Assembly: GCA_964387845.1 (NCBI GenBank)
Contig: CAYLXA010000007.1
Location: forward strand, 1-64,000
DNA length: 64,000 nt
Direction of reading: 5' to 3'
DNA from: an uncultured bacterium
GTDB lineage: Bacteria > Omnitrophota > Omnitrophia > Omnitrophales > Abzuiibacteriaceae
This document shows positions 1 through 9,586 of the stretch, in pieces. The translations under genes and the position numbers were made by a program. Numbering within the stretch: the stretch's first letter is position 1; every line of letters begins with the position of its first letter. The notes beneath the pieces were generated by a model. That model did no database searches. It worked only from the letters and a program-made list of their open reading frames with translations, and had not been told where the DNA came from.

Positions 1-946
1 CAAGCATCGTTTGAGTTTGAATTTTCCCTTGCGCATTATAAACGTTGGTAACGAAAGTTTGGTTGCGGGGATTCGTAACCGTTTCAAGTTTGTGTTTGGT
101 GTTGTAGGTAAATGAGGTTGTGAGGCCTTCCAGATACTCTTCGACCGCCGGTGATGTGATGGAGCGAAGGTCATTATTGGAATCGTATGTGTAAGTAACC
201 GTGCGGCCCATAGAATCCGTCACATGGTCAAGCCGGCCTCTTGAGTCATAGAAAAATTCAAAGTAGCGGCCGAGCTGGTCTTCAACTTTCGTGAGCCGAT
301 CATAGAGCGAAACAATGCCTTCGGTTTGATTCACGAAATATTCGGAAGGGCCTGTGAGAGGTAATCTGCCGGCCGGGTCATATGTCAAGGTGAGAAAATT
401 ACCAAACCGGTCTTCAATTTTTGTGGCATTGCCGTCGGCATTGAAGTAGACTTTTTCGCCATGCTTGCGCGTGAGCAAGTAAGTGCCGTTCGGCTGGACC
501 TCAAGCGTGTCATAAAACCCGGCCGGGCCTTGGCCCTGCGCATTGATCGGCTCATCGCGGTTCGTTCCGGTTAAAAAGGCATAAGTCCCGTCCGCCATAC
601 GCCTGATTTTCATATTGTAATTGATATCCCAGCCGTAGCCGAAGGGTGTGTGATAAACGGAATTTGAACGATAAACCCGCTCCAACTTTAAATCAATTCC
701 GCGGCCCGGAAGCATGAGATCAGTGGCATGATAAACAAATTCACCACGGTCAAAGTAGACGGGGTCAAACGGTGTATCGCCGCAGCTTAACGCCGCTCCT
801 TTGCACGGAACTTGCCCGAGATCCGGATCGGACGGCGGCTGGGCCGTAACGCCGCCAGGCACTGTAAAATCATGGGCGTTTACGGAAACCTGGAATTGGC
901 TAAGCATAAAAGCAAAAATTGTGATAAAAGCGATGACTTTTTTCAT
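1..946 (-). CDS. RHS/YD-repeat protein, N-terminal fragment (gene continues beyond window start)
   Basis: I translated the minus strand by hand from the ATG at 946..944 and it stays open to position 1. It begins with a signal peptide (MKKVIAFITIFAFMLSQFQVSVNA). It contains the DLMLPGRGIDLKLERVYRSN motif followed by YD repeats (TYDPAGRL, FYDSRGRLDHVTD, GYGWDINYNMK). The start overlaps the stop of the upstream gene as ATGA. It is missing from the ORF track only because it is truncated by the window edge. Confidence 0.7.
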   Translation of the reverse strand, partial: MKKVIAFITIFAFMLSQFQVSVNAHDFTVPGGVTAQPPSDPDLGQVPCKGAALSCGDTPFDPVYFDRGEFVYHATDLMLPGRGIDLKLERVYRSNSVYHTPFGYGWDINYNMKIRRMADGTYAFLTGTNRDEPINAQGQGPAGFYDTLEVQPNGTYLLTRKHGEKVYFNADGNATKIEDRFGNFLTLTYDPAGRLPLTGPSEYFVNQTEGIVSLYDRLTKVEDQLGRYFEFFYDSRGRLDHVTDSMGRTVTYTYDSNNDLRSITSPAVEEYLEGLTTSFTYNTKHKLETVTNPRNQTFVTNVYNAQGKIQTQTML

Positions 947-3354
947 TGAAATACCGATATGTTGCCCGTCCAGTTTACCGTTGCACCGGAAACAGGGTGC
1001 GTTAGCGTTATAATGGCCCGGTAGCTTCCTTCAATTGATGCGGCTTCGCCTAAATCATTTAAGCCATCCCATGTCAAGGTCTTGCTTCCGGCGCTTTGAA
1101 GTTGATTGTTGACGAGCGTCCGGAAATGATTTCCGTTCGGATCTCGAATCGCAACGGTAACGAGTACTTGTTCATCCAAGGAATATGTTAAAACGCTGGC
1201 TTGTAGTTTGCGCGATAAAATCAGGTAAGCATTGGCCAAAAAGTCAGTCGGCGGCTCAATAGAGCTTCGAAGAATCATCGTGTTCTTACGAAGCGCCTGC
1301 GGTATATCAAAAAAAAGAAAATAAGCGCCCGAATAGGGTAGCCCGTTGGCATATCTTCCATTCCAATAAACCGTATGAGTTCCGGTGGCTCTCCATATCC
1401 TAGTGTTGTCTAAATCCTGAATTTCCCCTGCGCTGTTACGAACTCTGATTAATTGCGTGCCCGGTTTTATGACGGTATAAGAAATTGGTAATTTTTCATT
1501 CTTGTAGGGATTAAAATTGACATTGCCTTGCGTGCTGGCGTTCGAAATGCAAATAAAAGGAGCGGTGCTGAAAGAATCATCCCAGGTTGAGTTGACACCG
1601 CCCGGCACCGTCACGGCCTGAATCGAGAAGAAATAAGCATCATAAGGCAAGAGAGCGCCTTGATTGTTCCTGCCATCCCATATTTCTGTATGCGCACCGG
1701 CAGAACGGAATTGGCCTGAAAACAAAGTCCGAACAAGCGGAGTGATGCCATTGTCTGTAAAAATGCGCACTGTCACATTTGCATCACTCTCCAACGTATA
1801 GTAAATGGAAACCGTTTCGCCCAACTTATGGTCCAGCACTTCCGGTGAGCGCGAAACATCGTGAATTGTGGTAATACCTCCCCCTTCGGACGCAAGATAA
1901 GGAATATAGTCGATTGTGGCAAGAGCAGCGTCGTCCATATGATCCACAATACTTGAATCAATCGATGACTCACTGGTCGTACCCCACCAATTTCTTTCAA
2001 AATTGAGTACACGCGAAGGATTAAGATAATTTCCGACAACCCTAACATTTGTATCAATATTACTATGGATACTGGATTGATGAACTTCTGGATTGGGATC
2101 CGCTCCACCGGCTCTATCGATTTCGATTCCGGTTCTATTTTGGTCAATTTTGATATAGCTTATCACAGGTGAGGAACCATTTTTGATCACCAGGCCGGTA
2201 TACGCTGATGAAATTCTGATGTAAGAAATCTGAGAAGCTGACGACTCGACGCCGATCAACTGAAGACCAGACACATAATAGTTTACGGAATTAGGATTCA
2301 CAGAAAAGAACGTGATAAAATTTGAAGGCGTACCTTGCGCATTTAATACCCCGCTGACTCTGAGTGAGTAATTCGCCTCGACTCTTACCGCGACACCTTC
2401 CTGAATAGTAAGCGTAACGCCTGAATTAACCGTAACGTTATTCGCCCCAATGTAATAAGGGCTTCCGCTCACTGTCCATGTTGTATTTTGTGTAATCGGC
2501 CCGGTCACTGAGGTTCCGATTGGGCTTCCGCCGGCCCCATTCAGAAAAGGAGTGAAATCAATATAAGGCCTAATTTCCTGATCGTAATGATCGAAAATGC
2601 TCTGGCTAATTAAAACGGGGTCCGTTGTGCCCCACCAATTATTTTGGAAACTGACGGATGCGGAAGTGGAAAAACCACCGGTATTATCCACATTGCGAGC
2701 GGCATTGCTATGAATGATGCACTGATTGACGGTAGGCGCAACGAGAGAAGACGTATGCTGCAAAACAAATCCATAATTGTTATTCGAAATAGTTGAATTG
2801 GTGATAACTGGTGCCCCATTTGACATAAAAAAACCCGTGCTGTTGTTTGACACCGTGACTGCAGTTATTGTTGAAAATGAATTATTAATATTGAAAGCTG
2901 TATTATTATTCGTAACTGAAATATTGTTGATATTTGGTGAAGAATTATCAAGCGTAACAGCATTTGACGCATTTCTGACTTGTACATATGAAAGAACTGA
3001 AGAGGATGCTTGCGCGGTTGCAAAACGGATGCCTTGCCAATCCTGAATTCCCGGGCTTGCATTGTTGGAAGAAAATATGATGTTATTCGAAGGATTTCCA
3101 GTTGCATTTAAAATACCGTTTATGCTCAGGGAATAAAAACCTGCAAACTTAACAGAAACCCCCGATTCGATTGTCAGAGTAACATTGGAATTAACCGTCA
3201 CGTTTCCTTGAATGATGTATGGACTCCCAGCTAGTGTCCAAGGTGTGTTGGAAGTAATATTGCCGCCAGGGACAATGGTATCGGCATGTGCGTATTTGAA
3301 GGAGAACGCGAAAAACAGCAAAAATCCGAAAAAGAGTTTTAAGGCGCTCTTCAT
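943..3354 (-). CDS. secreted right-handed beta-helix protein with three C-terminal FlgD-type Ig-like domains
   Basis: It has a signal peptide (MKSALKLFFGFLLFFAFSFKYAHA). Two internally duplicated N/T/S-rich beta-helix modules each end in NNWWGTTD/RNWWGTT...DH.D...Y.P.L. Three C-terminal repeats carry the W(D/N)G motif (HTEIWDGRNNQG, HTVYWNGRYANG, KTLTWDGLNDLG), typical of FlgD Ig-like domains. Confidence 0.55.
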   Translation of the reverse strand: MKSALKLFFGFLLFFAFSFKYAHADTIVPGGNITSNTPWTLAGSPYIIQGNVTVNSNVTLTIESGVSVKFAGFYSLSINGILNATGNPSNNIIFSSNNASPGIQDWQGIRFATAQASSSVLSYVQVRNASNAVTLDNSSPNINNISVTNNNTAFNINNSFSTITAVTVSNNSTGFFMSNGAPVITNSTISNNNYGFVLQHTSSLVAPTVNQCIIHSNAARNVDNTGGFSTSASVSFQNNWWGTTDPVLISQSIFDHYDQEIRPYIDFTPFLNGAGGSPIGTSVTGPITQNTTWTVSGSPYYIGANNVTVNSGVTLTIQEGVAVRVEANYSLRVSGVLNAQGTPSNFITFFSVNPNSVNYYVSGLQLIGVESSASQISYIRISSAYTGLVIKNGSSPVISYIKIDQNRTGIEIDRAGGADPNPEVHQSSIHSNIDTNVRVVGNYLNPSRVLNFERNWWGTTSESSIDSSIVDHMDDAALATIDYIPYLASEGGGITTIHDVSRSPEVLDHKLGETVSIYYTLESDANVTVRIFTDNGITPLVRTLFSGQFRSAGAHTEIWDGRNNQGALLPYDAYFFSIQAVTVPGGVNSTWDDSFSTAPFICISNASTQGNVNFNPYKNEKLPISYTVIKPGTQLIRVRNSAGEIQDLDNTRIWRATGTHTVYWNGRYANGLPYSGAYFLFFDIPQALRKNTMILRSSIEPPTDFLANAYLILSRKLQASVLTYSLDEQVLVTVAIRDPNGNHFRTLVNNQLQSAGSKTLTWDGLNDLGEAASIEGSYRAIITLTHPVSGATVNWTGNISVFQ

Positions 3355-4406
3355 GCGATTACCTTTACTTTCACCGTTTCAACGCCAATATGGTCATCAT
3401 AGCTCATGACGTTCACTGTCAATAAGTGATACCCCTGCGCCCAACTTGACACATCCAGCGTAAACGTAGCCGGCGTCACCGCCTGCTCCTCCTCAAATAG
3501 GAAATTTGAGTCAAAATATACCATGACTTCAAAACGTTTGCGAATTAAGTCTATTTCATCACTTGGATCAATTTGAACCGAAAAGGCCGTTTTCCCCTTT
3601 AAAAGCGGGATTCCTTTTTCGTCTTTTTTGACAGCATCAGAGAAGATAATCTTAAATTTCGGCTCATGACAATTACTGCGGGGGTGTAGATAATGAAAAT
3701 GTCTTCCGGTTTTCACCTCATGATACACAGAGTCGGGCGCAGCGAAGCTCGGTTCAATTTGTTTAACGATAATTGCATTATCGGGAAGTGAAAACGCATT
3801 TAAATTAAGATTCAAATTCGCGTTATTGAGTAAATTCATTTCACCTGACTTGTCTAACCCATCCCACATCAGTTCATGTTTTCCGGCTTCTTTAGCTTGC
3901 CAATCCAGAATTGTTTTAAGTAGTGCTCCTTCCAATATACCAGCTCTCAATCTGACTCGGCCCGCTTGGGGCAGGATGTACTCTATTTTTCCTGACTTTT
4001 TATCTAAAGAGAATTTTGGAAAGCTTAAATCATTCCCGCCGCTTTCAGAGGAAGGATCAAAACGTATGAGCGAGCCATCTTCCGATTTCGCTTCAATTGC
4101 GTAAACCACAACATCCGTTTTTACAGTTTCACCATTCTGCATCTTGCCATCCCAGCTAAAAACTTGCTTGCCCGCCTCCTGCAAGCCGAGCTCGTATTGA
4201 TTAAGTATGTTTCCGCTTTCATCTTTAAACAAAATAGAAAGAAATGCCTTTCCCGAAGTTGCAAAAGATATTACCGCTTTTTCACCTTTTGTAAAATCCA
4301 CTGTCTTTGGATTGACACCGGCTTTATCGATTCGAATCGGCTCGGATGCAAAAGCAGCAGAAATCATTAAGACAAAGAAACCCAGGCAGCCTACGTAAAA
4401 TTTCAT
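3351..4406 (-). CDS. secreted Ig-like (FlgD-type) repeat protein
   Basis: It has a signal peptide (MKFYVGCLGFFVLMISAAFA). WDG motifs (FSWDGKMQNGE, LMWDGLDKSGE) occur in beta-rich repeats. Stop and start overlap the neighbouring genes as ATGA on both sides. Confidence 0.45.
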   Translation of the reverse strand: MKFYVGCLGFFVLMISAAFASEPIRIDKAGVNPKTVDFTKGEKAVISFATSGKAFLSILFKDESGNILNQYELGLQEAGKQVFSWDGKMQNGETVKTDVVVYAIEAKSEDGSLIRFDPSSESGGNDLSFPKFSLDKKSGKIEYILPQAGRVRLRAGILEGALLKTILDWQAKEAGKHELMWDGLDKSGEMNLLNNANLNLNLNAFSLPDNAIIVKQIEPSFAAPDSVYHEVKTGRHFHYLHPRSNCHEPKFKIIFSDAVKKDEKGIPLLKGKTAFSVQIDPSDEIDLIRKRFEVMVYFDSNFLFEEEQAVTPATFTLDVSSWAQGYHLLTVNVMSYDDHIGVETVKVKVIA

Positions 4407-5332
4407 TGCCAGCTTGGCTCCTGAGACGCTGCATTTTCATTTGTAAACAAGCGAGCATTCTGGCCATTTGCATCCATTGTCCAAACCTGAAGCATACCGG
4501 ATCGATCTGAAGTAAACGCGATTTGTGTTCCATCGGATGACCAGCTGGGATACAAATCTGCGCCCCGCCAATCCGTGAGACGAATTGATTTTTGGGTTTC
4601 CAGGTTCATTACAAAAATATCAAAATTTCCCGTTTCATCCGACGCATAAGCAATATGCTTCCCGTCAGGTGAAAATACGGGATGAATCTCAAGCGCTCTG
4701 TTATGAGTCAGTTGGGTTTCTTTCTTTGTGTCTAATTCAAAAAAGTGAATTTCGTGTGTTCCAAATCCTTTACCAGAAACAAAAACAATTTTCTTTCCAT
4801 CCGGAGAAGCGTGCGGTGCATATTCAAGCCCCGACTTTTTGGTGATAAGCTCGGTTTGTTTTCCTTCAAGATCGGAAATCCAAAGGTCGCTTTCGTCGCT
4901 TAAATTCTTATCAAACCTTGAAAATATGATTTTTTCTATAGTGATAAATGACGGGTCCGTTATCCAGCCAATATCATGCAAAATCTGCTTTTCTTCTTTG
5001 GTTTCAACATCAAATAAATAGAGCTCTCGGTTGTTTGATCGGAAGAGCATTTTCTTCCCATCCGGCGACCAAACAGGACCGCGCTTGTCTAAGGGGGAAC
5101 TGGTTAATTGTTGAGGCGGTTTGTCAGCTTTTTTCATCCAAACTTGCCAATATCCATCGGTTGAACGAATATAGGTAATCGCATCATGGGTATGTGGCAC
5201 TTCCTGAACCGCAAAGCAATTAGATGTGAAAAGAATGGATAATGAAATAACGATCAGGGTTGAAGCTATTCTAGGTTTCTGTCTGACTTCATTGATCGTT
5301 GAGGGCATAATTTGATATGCCAAACGGTACAC
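4403..5332 (-). CDS. TolB-like beta-propeller (PD40/WD40-like repeat) periplasmic protein
   Basis: SPDGK repeats: WSPDGKKMLF, SPDGKKIVFVS, SPDGKHIAYASDETGNFDIFVM, SWSSDGTQIAFTSDRSG. There is an N-terminal hydrophobic signal/anchor. The listed start at 5332 is GTG, and the true start may be the internal ATG (MPSTINE...). The stop overlaps the next start as ATGA. Confidence 0.65.
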   Translation of the reverse strand: MYRLAYQIMPSTINEVRQKPRIASTLIVISLSILFTSNCFAVQEVPHTHDAITYIRSTDGYWQVWMKKADKPPQQLTSSPLDKRGPVWSPDGKKMLFRSNNRELYLFDVETKEEKQILHDIGWITDPSFITIEKIIFSRFDKNLSDESDLWISDLEGKQTELITKKSGLEYAPHASPDGKKIVFVSGKGFGTHEIHFFELDTKKETQLTHNRALEIHPVFSPDGKHIAYASDETGNFDIFVMNLETQKSIRLTDWRGADLYPSWSSDGTQIAFTSDRSGMLQVWTMDANGQNARLFTNENAASQEPSWQ

Positions 5333-5651
5333 AACCTTCTACTTTATGTCAATACAAAGGGTAAAAAAATTGACCAATATCTATTCTGGCTAGACATTTA
5401 TCTGGTATCAGGAGATTTTTTGTTAGAAAAGTCTTTAAGAAGTGGGTTCAAAACAAAAATTCAATGTCCTAGCCGATGAGAGATGCTAAATTCTATGGCT
5501 GACAATCGGGTTAGAAGCGACAGATAATTTACCTTCCGAATCCCGCAAGTTTTGATTAAAATACAACTTCATTTCGGGGTGCCCTGACTTTTTCAAAATC
5601 AGGACAACCCCGAATTTTAATGAATATACTTTGGTTGGTTTAAAGGTAATT

Positions 5652-5724
5652 CGGGGTGTAGCTCAGCGGCTAGAGCACTCGCTTTGGGAGCGAGGGGTCG
5701 TGCGTTCAAATCGCACCATCCCGA
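5652..5724 (+). tRNA. tRNA-Pro (anticodon TGG)
   Basis: I folded the cloverleaf by hand. The acceptor is CGGGGTG/CATCCCG (one GU) with discriminator A. The D-arm is GCTC...GAGC. The anticodon stem CTCGC/GCGAG holds the loop TT-TGG-GA. The T-arm is GTGCG-TTCAAAT-CGCAC. No CCA is encoded. Confidence 0.85.
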
Positions 5725-5856
5725 TTCTTTTTTATCTGCGATTTGAACCAGGTTCTCCGCCAAAAATCGCGGCGGATCCGCCAAGCAGTGTGGCGGAAAA
5801 TCCCGCCACCCCGATACTCGGGTATATTGTGTAAACCATGTGCCAGTAAGTTCACC

Positions 5857-7554
5857 TTACGCGTATTGAATTACTTCGGATACGGTTGTAATTCCCTGCT
5901 TCACTTTTTCAATACCGTCTTCAACCAATCGTTTCATCCCCCGCTTAACAGCTTCATCCCGAAATTGGACGAGTGTCATATTGCGTGAGATGCAATCACG
6001 CAAATAATCGTCAATGATCAGGACTTCATGAATGGCGACACGGCCGAAGTAGCCGGTTCCGTTGCACTGTTCACAGCCTTTACCTCTATAGCATGTGACT
6101 CCAGCCAGGGAAATACCAGCCGGAACAGCGGTGGGCAGTTTATCATCCGCTTGTTTGCAATGCTTGCAAATCTGGCGCACGAGCCGCTGGGCAATCACGC
6201 CTTCAAGACTTGACGCAACTAGATAAGCTTCGATTCCCATATCCATCAAACGCGCAACCGCGCCCGGTGCGTCATTCGTATGTAAAGTTGATAAGACCAG
6301 GTGGCCCGTCAAGGCAGAACGAATCGAAATCTCGGCGGTTTCAAGGTCGCGCGTTTCCCCTACCATCATGACGTCAGGGTCATGACGCAGCATGTGCCGC
6401 AAACCCGAGGCAAACGTGAGCCCAATTTTGGGATGTGTCTGCATTTGAACAACACCCGAGATTTGATATTCAATCGGGTCCTCGATCGTGATGATTTTTT
6501 TACCGGCTTCGTTCAATTCCTTCAGGCAGGCATAAAGCGTTGTGGTTTTACCGCTTCCGGTTGGGCCGGTTAAAAGAAAAATACCTGCGTTCTTCTGGAG
6601 CGCTTTTCGAATTTGAGTTAAATGCGTGCTGCTAAAACCAATTTGTTCCAACCCGACCAACCGAGCCGGTGTTAGGATGCGGATCACGATCGCTTCGCCG
6701 AACGTGGTCGGCAGGATCGATACACGTAAATCCAGCTCATCTTTTTCGGATTTGATTTTGATGCGGCCGTCCTGCGGCAAGCGCTTCTCGGAAACATCAA
6801 GATTGGCCATGATTTTGATGCGTGAAATGATATTGGCATGAAATTTTTGAATCGTTTCGGGAACATTCGCATCGACCAAAGCCCCGTCAACACGGTATCG
6901 GATCGTCAAATGATCCGCAAACGGCTCGATATGGATATCGCTTGCCCGCTTTTTCTGCGCGTCAAACAACAGCTGATTCACCAAATTCCGGACAGTGCCC
7001 TCCGCCTGGGAAGCACCGACATCTTCAACATCCGAAGAAGAAGCTGTTACTGTTTCAGCAACCGGTTTCGGCTTTGTTTTCTTCAGGTCATCTCGGACCA
7101 AGTCCTCCAGGACTGAGGCGCCGATACCATAGTATTTTTGGATGGCCTGATCGATCTTTCGGCGTTCGGCCAGAGCAAATTGAATTTCGGCAGTTAAGAT
7201 AGCGCGCAATTCTTCCAAAAGATCATGGCGAAGCGGATCATTGCTCGCTACTAAAATACCCTGATTCTGAATCCGGATTGGAAAGATATGGTAATGCTGC
7301 GCTACTTTAGCGGGAACTCGGTTTAATACTTCTTTTTCAATCGGTGCTGTAGTCGGGTCCAAATAAGGCAGGTTTAATTGATCGGCCAGCACTTCTAAAA
7401 GCATATGTTCTGAAATAAATCCGAGCCTGACCATAATAGCTCCGAGAGACTCCTTTGTTTCGGTCTGGAGCGATAACGCACGGTCAACCTGCTCAAGCGT
7501 AGCAGCGCCGCGCCGGATCAATTCTTCGCCTAAAAAATAATTCTTTCGCTTCAT
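5857..7554 (-). CDS. gspE: type II secretion system ATPase GspE (PilB/GspE family)
   Basis: It has the N-terminal GSPII_E domain. Walker A is LTGPTGSGKTTTL. A C-terminal tetracysteine zinc motif is present (CKHCKQ...CEQCNG). Confidence 0.9.
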   Translation of the reverse strand: MKRKNYFLGEELIRRGAATLEQVDRALSLQTETKESLGAIMVRLGFISEHMLLEVLADQLNLPYLDPTTAPIEKEVLNRVPAKVAQHYHIFPIRIQNQGILVASNDPLRHDLLEELRAILTAEIQFALAERRKIDQAIQKYYGIGASVLEDLVRDDLKKTKPKPVAETVTASSSDVEDVGASQAEGTVRNLVNQLLFDAQKKRASDIHIEPFADHLTIRYRVDGALVDANVPETIQKFHANIISRIKIMANLDVSEKRLPQDGRIKIKSEKDELDLRVSILPTTFGEAIVIRILTPARLVGLEQIGFSSTHLTQIRKALQKNAGIFLLTGPTGSGKTTTLYACLKELNEAGKKIITIEDPIEYQISGVVQMQTHPKIGLTFASGLRHMLRHDPDVMMVGETRDLETAEISIRSALTGHLVLSTLHTNDAPGAVARLMDMGIEAYLVASSLEGVIAQRLVRQICKHCKQADDKLPTAVPAGISLAGVTCYRGKGCEQCNGTGYFGRVAIHEVLIIDDYLRDCISRNMTLVQFRDEAVKRGMKRLVEDGIEKVKQGITTVSEVIQYA

Positions 7555-7573
7555 AATTTAAATACCTTACCTG

Positions 7574-8098
7574 CTATTTTTTAAGGTTTAAGTACACAAT
7601 ACTCATTTCGGCCGAAATAAAACCTGTGCCGGCGGAGCGCGCGCTAATCACGTAACGACTCACGTAAATCGGCTTTTCAAGCGCCGTCAATGCATGTAAA
7701 AACTCCAAAAAGCTTTGGACATTCCCGTCCACCTGCACCAACAATTCTTCCTGCAGGAATTGACCTTTTTTCTGTTCTCCAACCGGCCGGATTTGCCTCA
7801 AAATCAGGCGATGATCCGCAACCAAACTCGGAATCATATCGGCCCACTTTGATCCCGAATTATCTGTGCTAGTGAATGCAGCAAACGCTTCCAGCTCTTG
7901 CTCCCGTCCTTGAAAATCTGCTTTCGATTCAAGCAGTAAGTTTGACTCCGCATATTCACGGGCTTTTTGATTGAGAGCAAAGCTCAACGAACCGAGCCAT
8001 CTGATATTAAGCGCGGTCAAGCCTAAAAGAATAATAATCAACATGAGGGATTTTCGCAAATCGAAAAACTCGATTAATTTCATTAGTCTTTTTTCCAT
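7574..8098 (-). CDS. GspM/PilO-like bitopic inner-membrane assembly protein
   Basis: A single N-terminal TM segment (LMLIIILLGLTAL) is followed by a roughly 120-aa periplasmic domain. It sits between the GspL-like gene and gspE. Confidence 0.45.
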   Translation of the reverse strand: MEKRLMKLIEFFDLRKSLMLIIILLGLTALNIRWLGSLSFALNQKAREYAESNLLLESKADFQGREQELEAFAAFTSTDNSGSKWADMIPSLVADHRLILRQIRPVGEQKKGQFLQEELLVQVDGNVQSFLEFLHALTALEKPIYVSRYVISARSAGTGFISAEMSIVYLNLKK

Positions 8099-8108
8099 AT
8101 TTTCCCCG

Positions 8109-9506
8109 TTAGTCGAAAGATCTCAAACTGCCCCGAACTGCGAATTGAAATTGCAAATCCCGGGAATCCCGGGAGCTCTCCGAATATTGGAGCTCTACTT
8201 TAGAGAACCAGGCAATACCGCCCAGCGCCTTAACATACCGGTCAATCGCGCTTTGCGAAATTGAAATCCCTTTAAGCCGGACACTCTTATCTTCGCTGTT
8301 GTACTCCAACTCGCTCAATTGAATCTCGCTGCCGGCTTGCTCATGAAGCCGAACAAAAACATCGATCGGGCGGATTTTGTCAAGACGAAGCCGGTTCAAA
8401 AACTTAACTTTTCGGGAAATTTCTTTCACCTCCCTGACATCCGGATCTAAAATCGATAACTGCCGGTTAAAATAAGAAATGCCAAGAAGCTCACGGAGCG
8501 GAAAAAATAACGAGAGCAAGAATGCAGACATACAGCCGAATACAACGGCTGATCGTAGCGTTGCCCAGCTTTTCTGCAAACTGGCGGTAAAAATCCTTCC
8601 CTTGATTTCATCGGGCAGCAAGTTAAATTCTTCACATTCTTCATCCGGCGTTTCTGCGGCAGCAGCGAATAAGAAATCCATCGGTAATGGATTTAACTCA
8701 ACTTCCGGAAGCGCGTGAATTGTGTGCCGTGTCACAAGCCAATCGGATTCCGTTTTATAAAGTTCGCCGCCCAAATAAACGGAAAGAGATCGTTCATCGC
8801 CATTCTGATCTAGCAAGTCAAAAATAGGCCGCAAACCCGCATCCGCAGTATGGGCAAGATCCATGAGGTCATAGGAAAAAGTGCGGCTTAGCTGAACGCC
8901 CTGCAAATCATATAAGACGGCTTCACCTTTTCCGCGGAAGCCAAACAAAAATAAGGCGGGAAGATGCCGTGATTTGTCATGAACTTTCCGCAAATATCCC
9001 GATAGTGCGATTGTCGACAGCAGAATCGAATCAGGCATGATACCAAATGACCGGATGATATCGTACTCGTGCGTCACTGCATCTTTTGAAACGCCGAATA
9101 ATAGAACGGCTGTCTGCACAGTTGCGATTTTGGATTCTGATTTAATTGGATGAAAATGGTAAACAATTTCATCAATCGACGACGGAATTTCCCGCGGCAA
9201 GCGAAGCCGGAGCATTTGCTTGATCTCGTTCAAGTTTTTGGAAGGAAACTGGAAATTTTTGATAAAAGCCCGGTCTCTTGAAATAATATGCCGGTACTCC
9301 AGATTTTTGACGCCGGTTTCGGACAACAATAGGTGCATCTCATGCTTGCGTTCTGCGGCGGTTAGCTTCATGTAAGCAAATTCTTTTCTTGCGATACAAC
9401 GGGCACGGCCTCCGGCCGGTATCTGCAGGATGGCAAAATGCAGGACATCGCCTTGGATTAGGCTAACACCCATTACTCTCGAGGATTCTTTCTTAAAAAT
9501 GCCCAT
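8109..9506 (-). CDS. GspL-like assembly protein (PilM-like cytoplasmic domain + TM + PilN-like periplasmic domain)
   Basis: A roughly 300-aa cytoplasmic actin-like region is followed by a TM segment (VVFGCMSAFLLSLFF) and a C-terminal periplasmic domain. It occupies the gspL position between gspK and gspM. Confidence 0.5.
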   Translation of the reverse strand: MGIFKKESSRVMGVSLIQGDVLHFAILQIPAGGRARCIARKEFAYMKLTAAERKHEMHLLLSETGVKNLEYRHIISRDRAFIKNFQFPSKNLNEIKQMLRLRLPREIPSSIDEIVYHFHPIKSESKIATVQTAVLLFGVSKDAVTHEYDIIRSFGIMPDSILLSTIALSGYLRKVHDKSRHLPALFLFGFRGKGEAVLYDLQGVQLSRTFSYDLMDLAHTADAGLRPIFDLLDQNGDERSLSVYLGGELYKTESDWLVTRHTIHALPEVELNPLPMDFLFAAAAETPDEECEEFNLLPDEIKGRIFTASLQKSWATLRSAVVFGCMSAFLLSLFFPLRELLGISYFNRQLSILDPDVREVKEISRKVKFLNRLRLDKIRPIDVFVRLHEQAGSEIQLSELEYNSEDKSVRLKGISISQSAIDRYVKALGGIAWFSKVELQYSESSRDSRDLQFQFAVRGSLRSFD

Positions 9507-9586
9507 AGCGCTCTTTTAACCTGTCATAATCCAACGACTTTTTATCCTTATTTTTTGAGCTTTTTTTCGGAACCCGGTTCCGTATT

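Noticed and set aside
801-1013. Plus-strand ORFs overlapping minus-strand genes. These include 801..1013, 1773..2147 (-, internal), 13225..13929, 14797..15243, 31621..32097, 52987..53649, 57204..57644 and many others in the track.
   Set aside because: They are antisense or internal to strongly supported conserved genes and have no recognisable domains. This is typical spurious ORF noise in a region with dense minus-strand coding.
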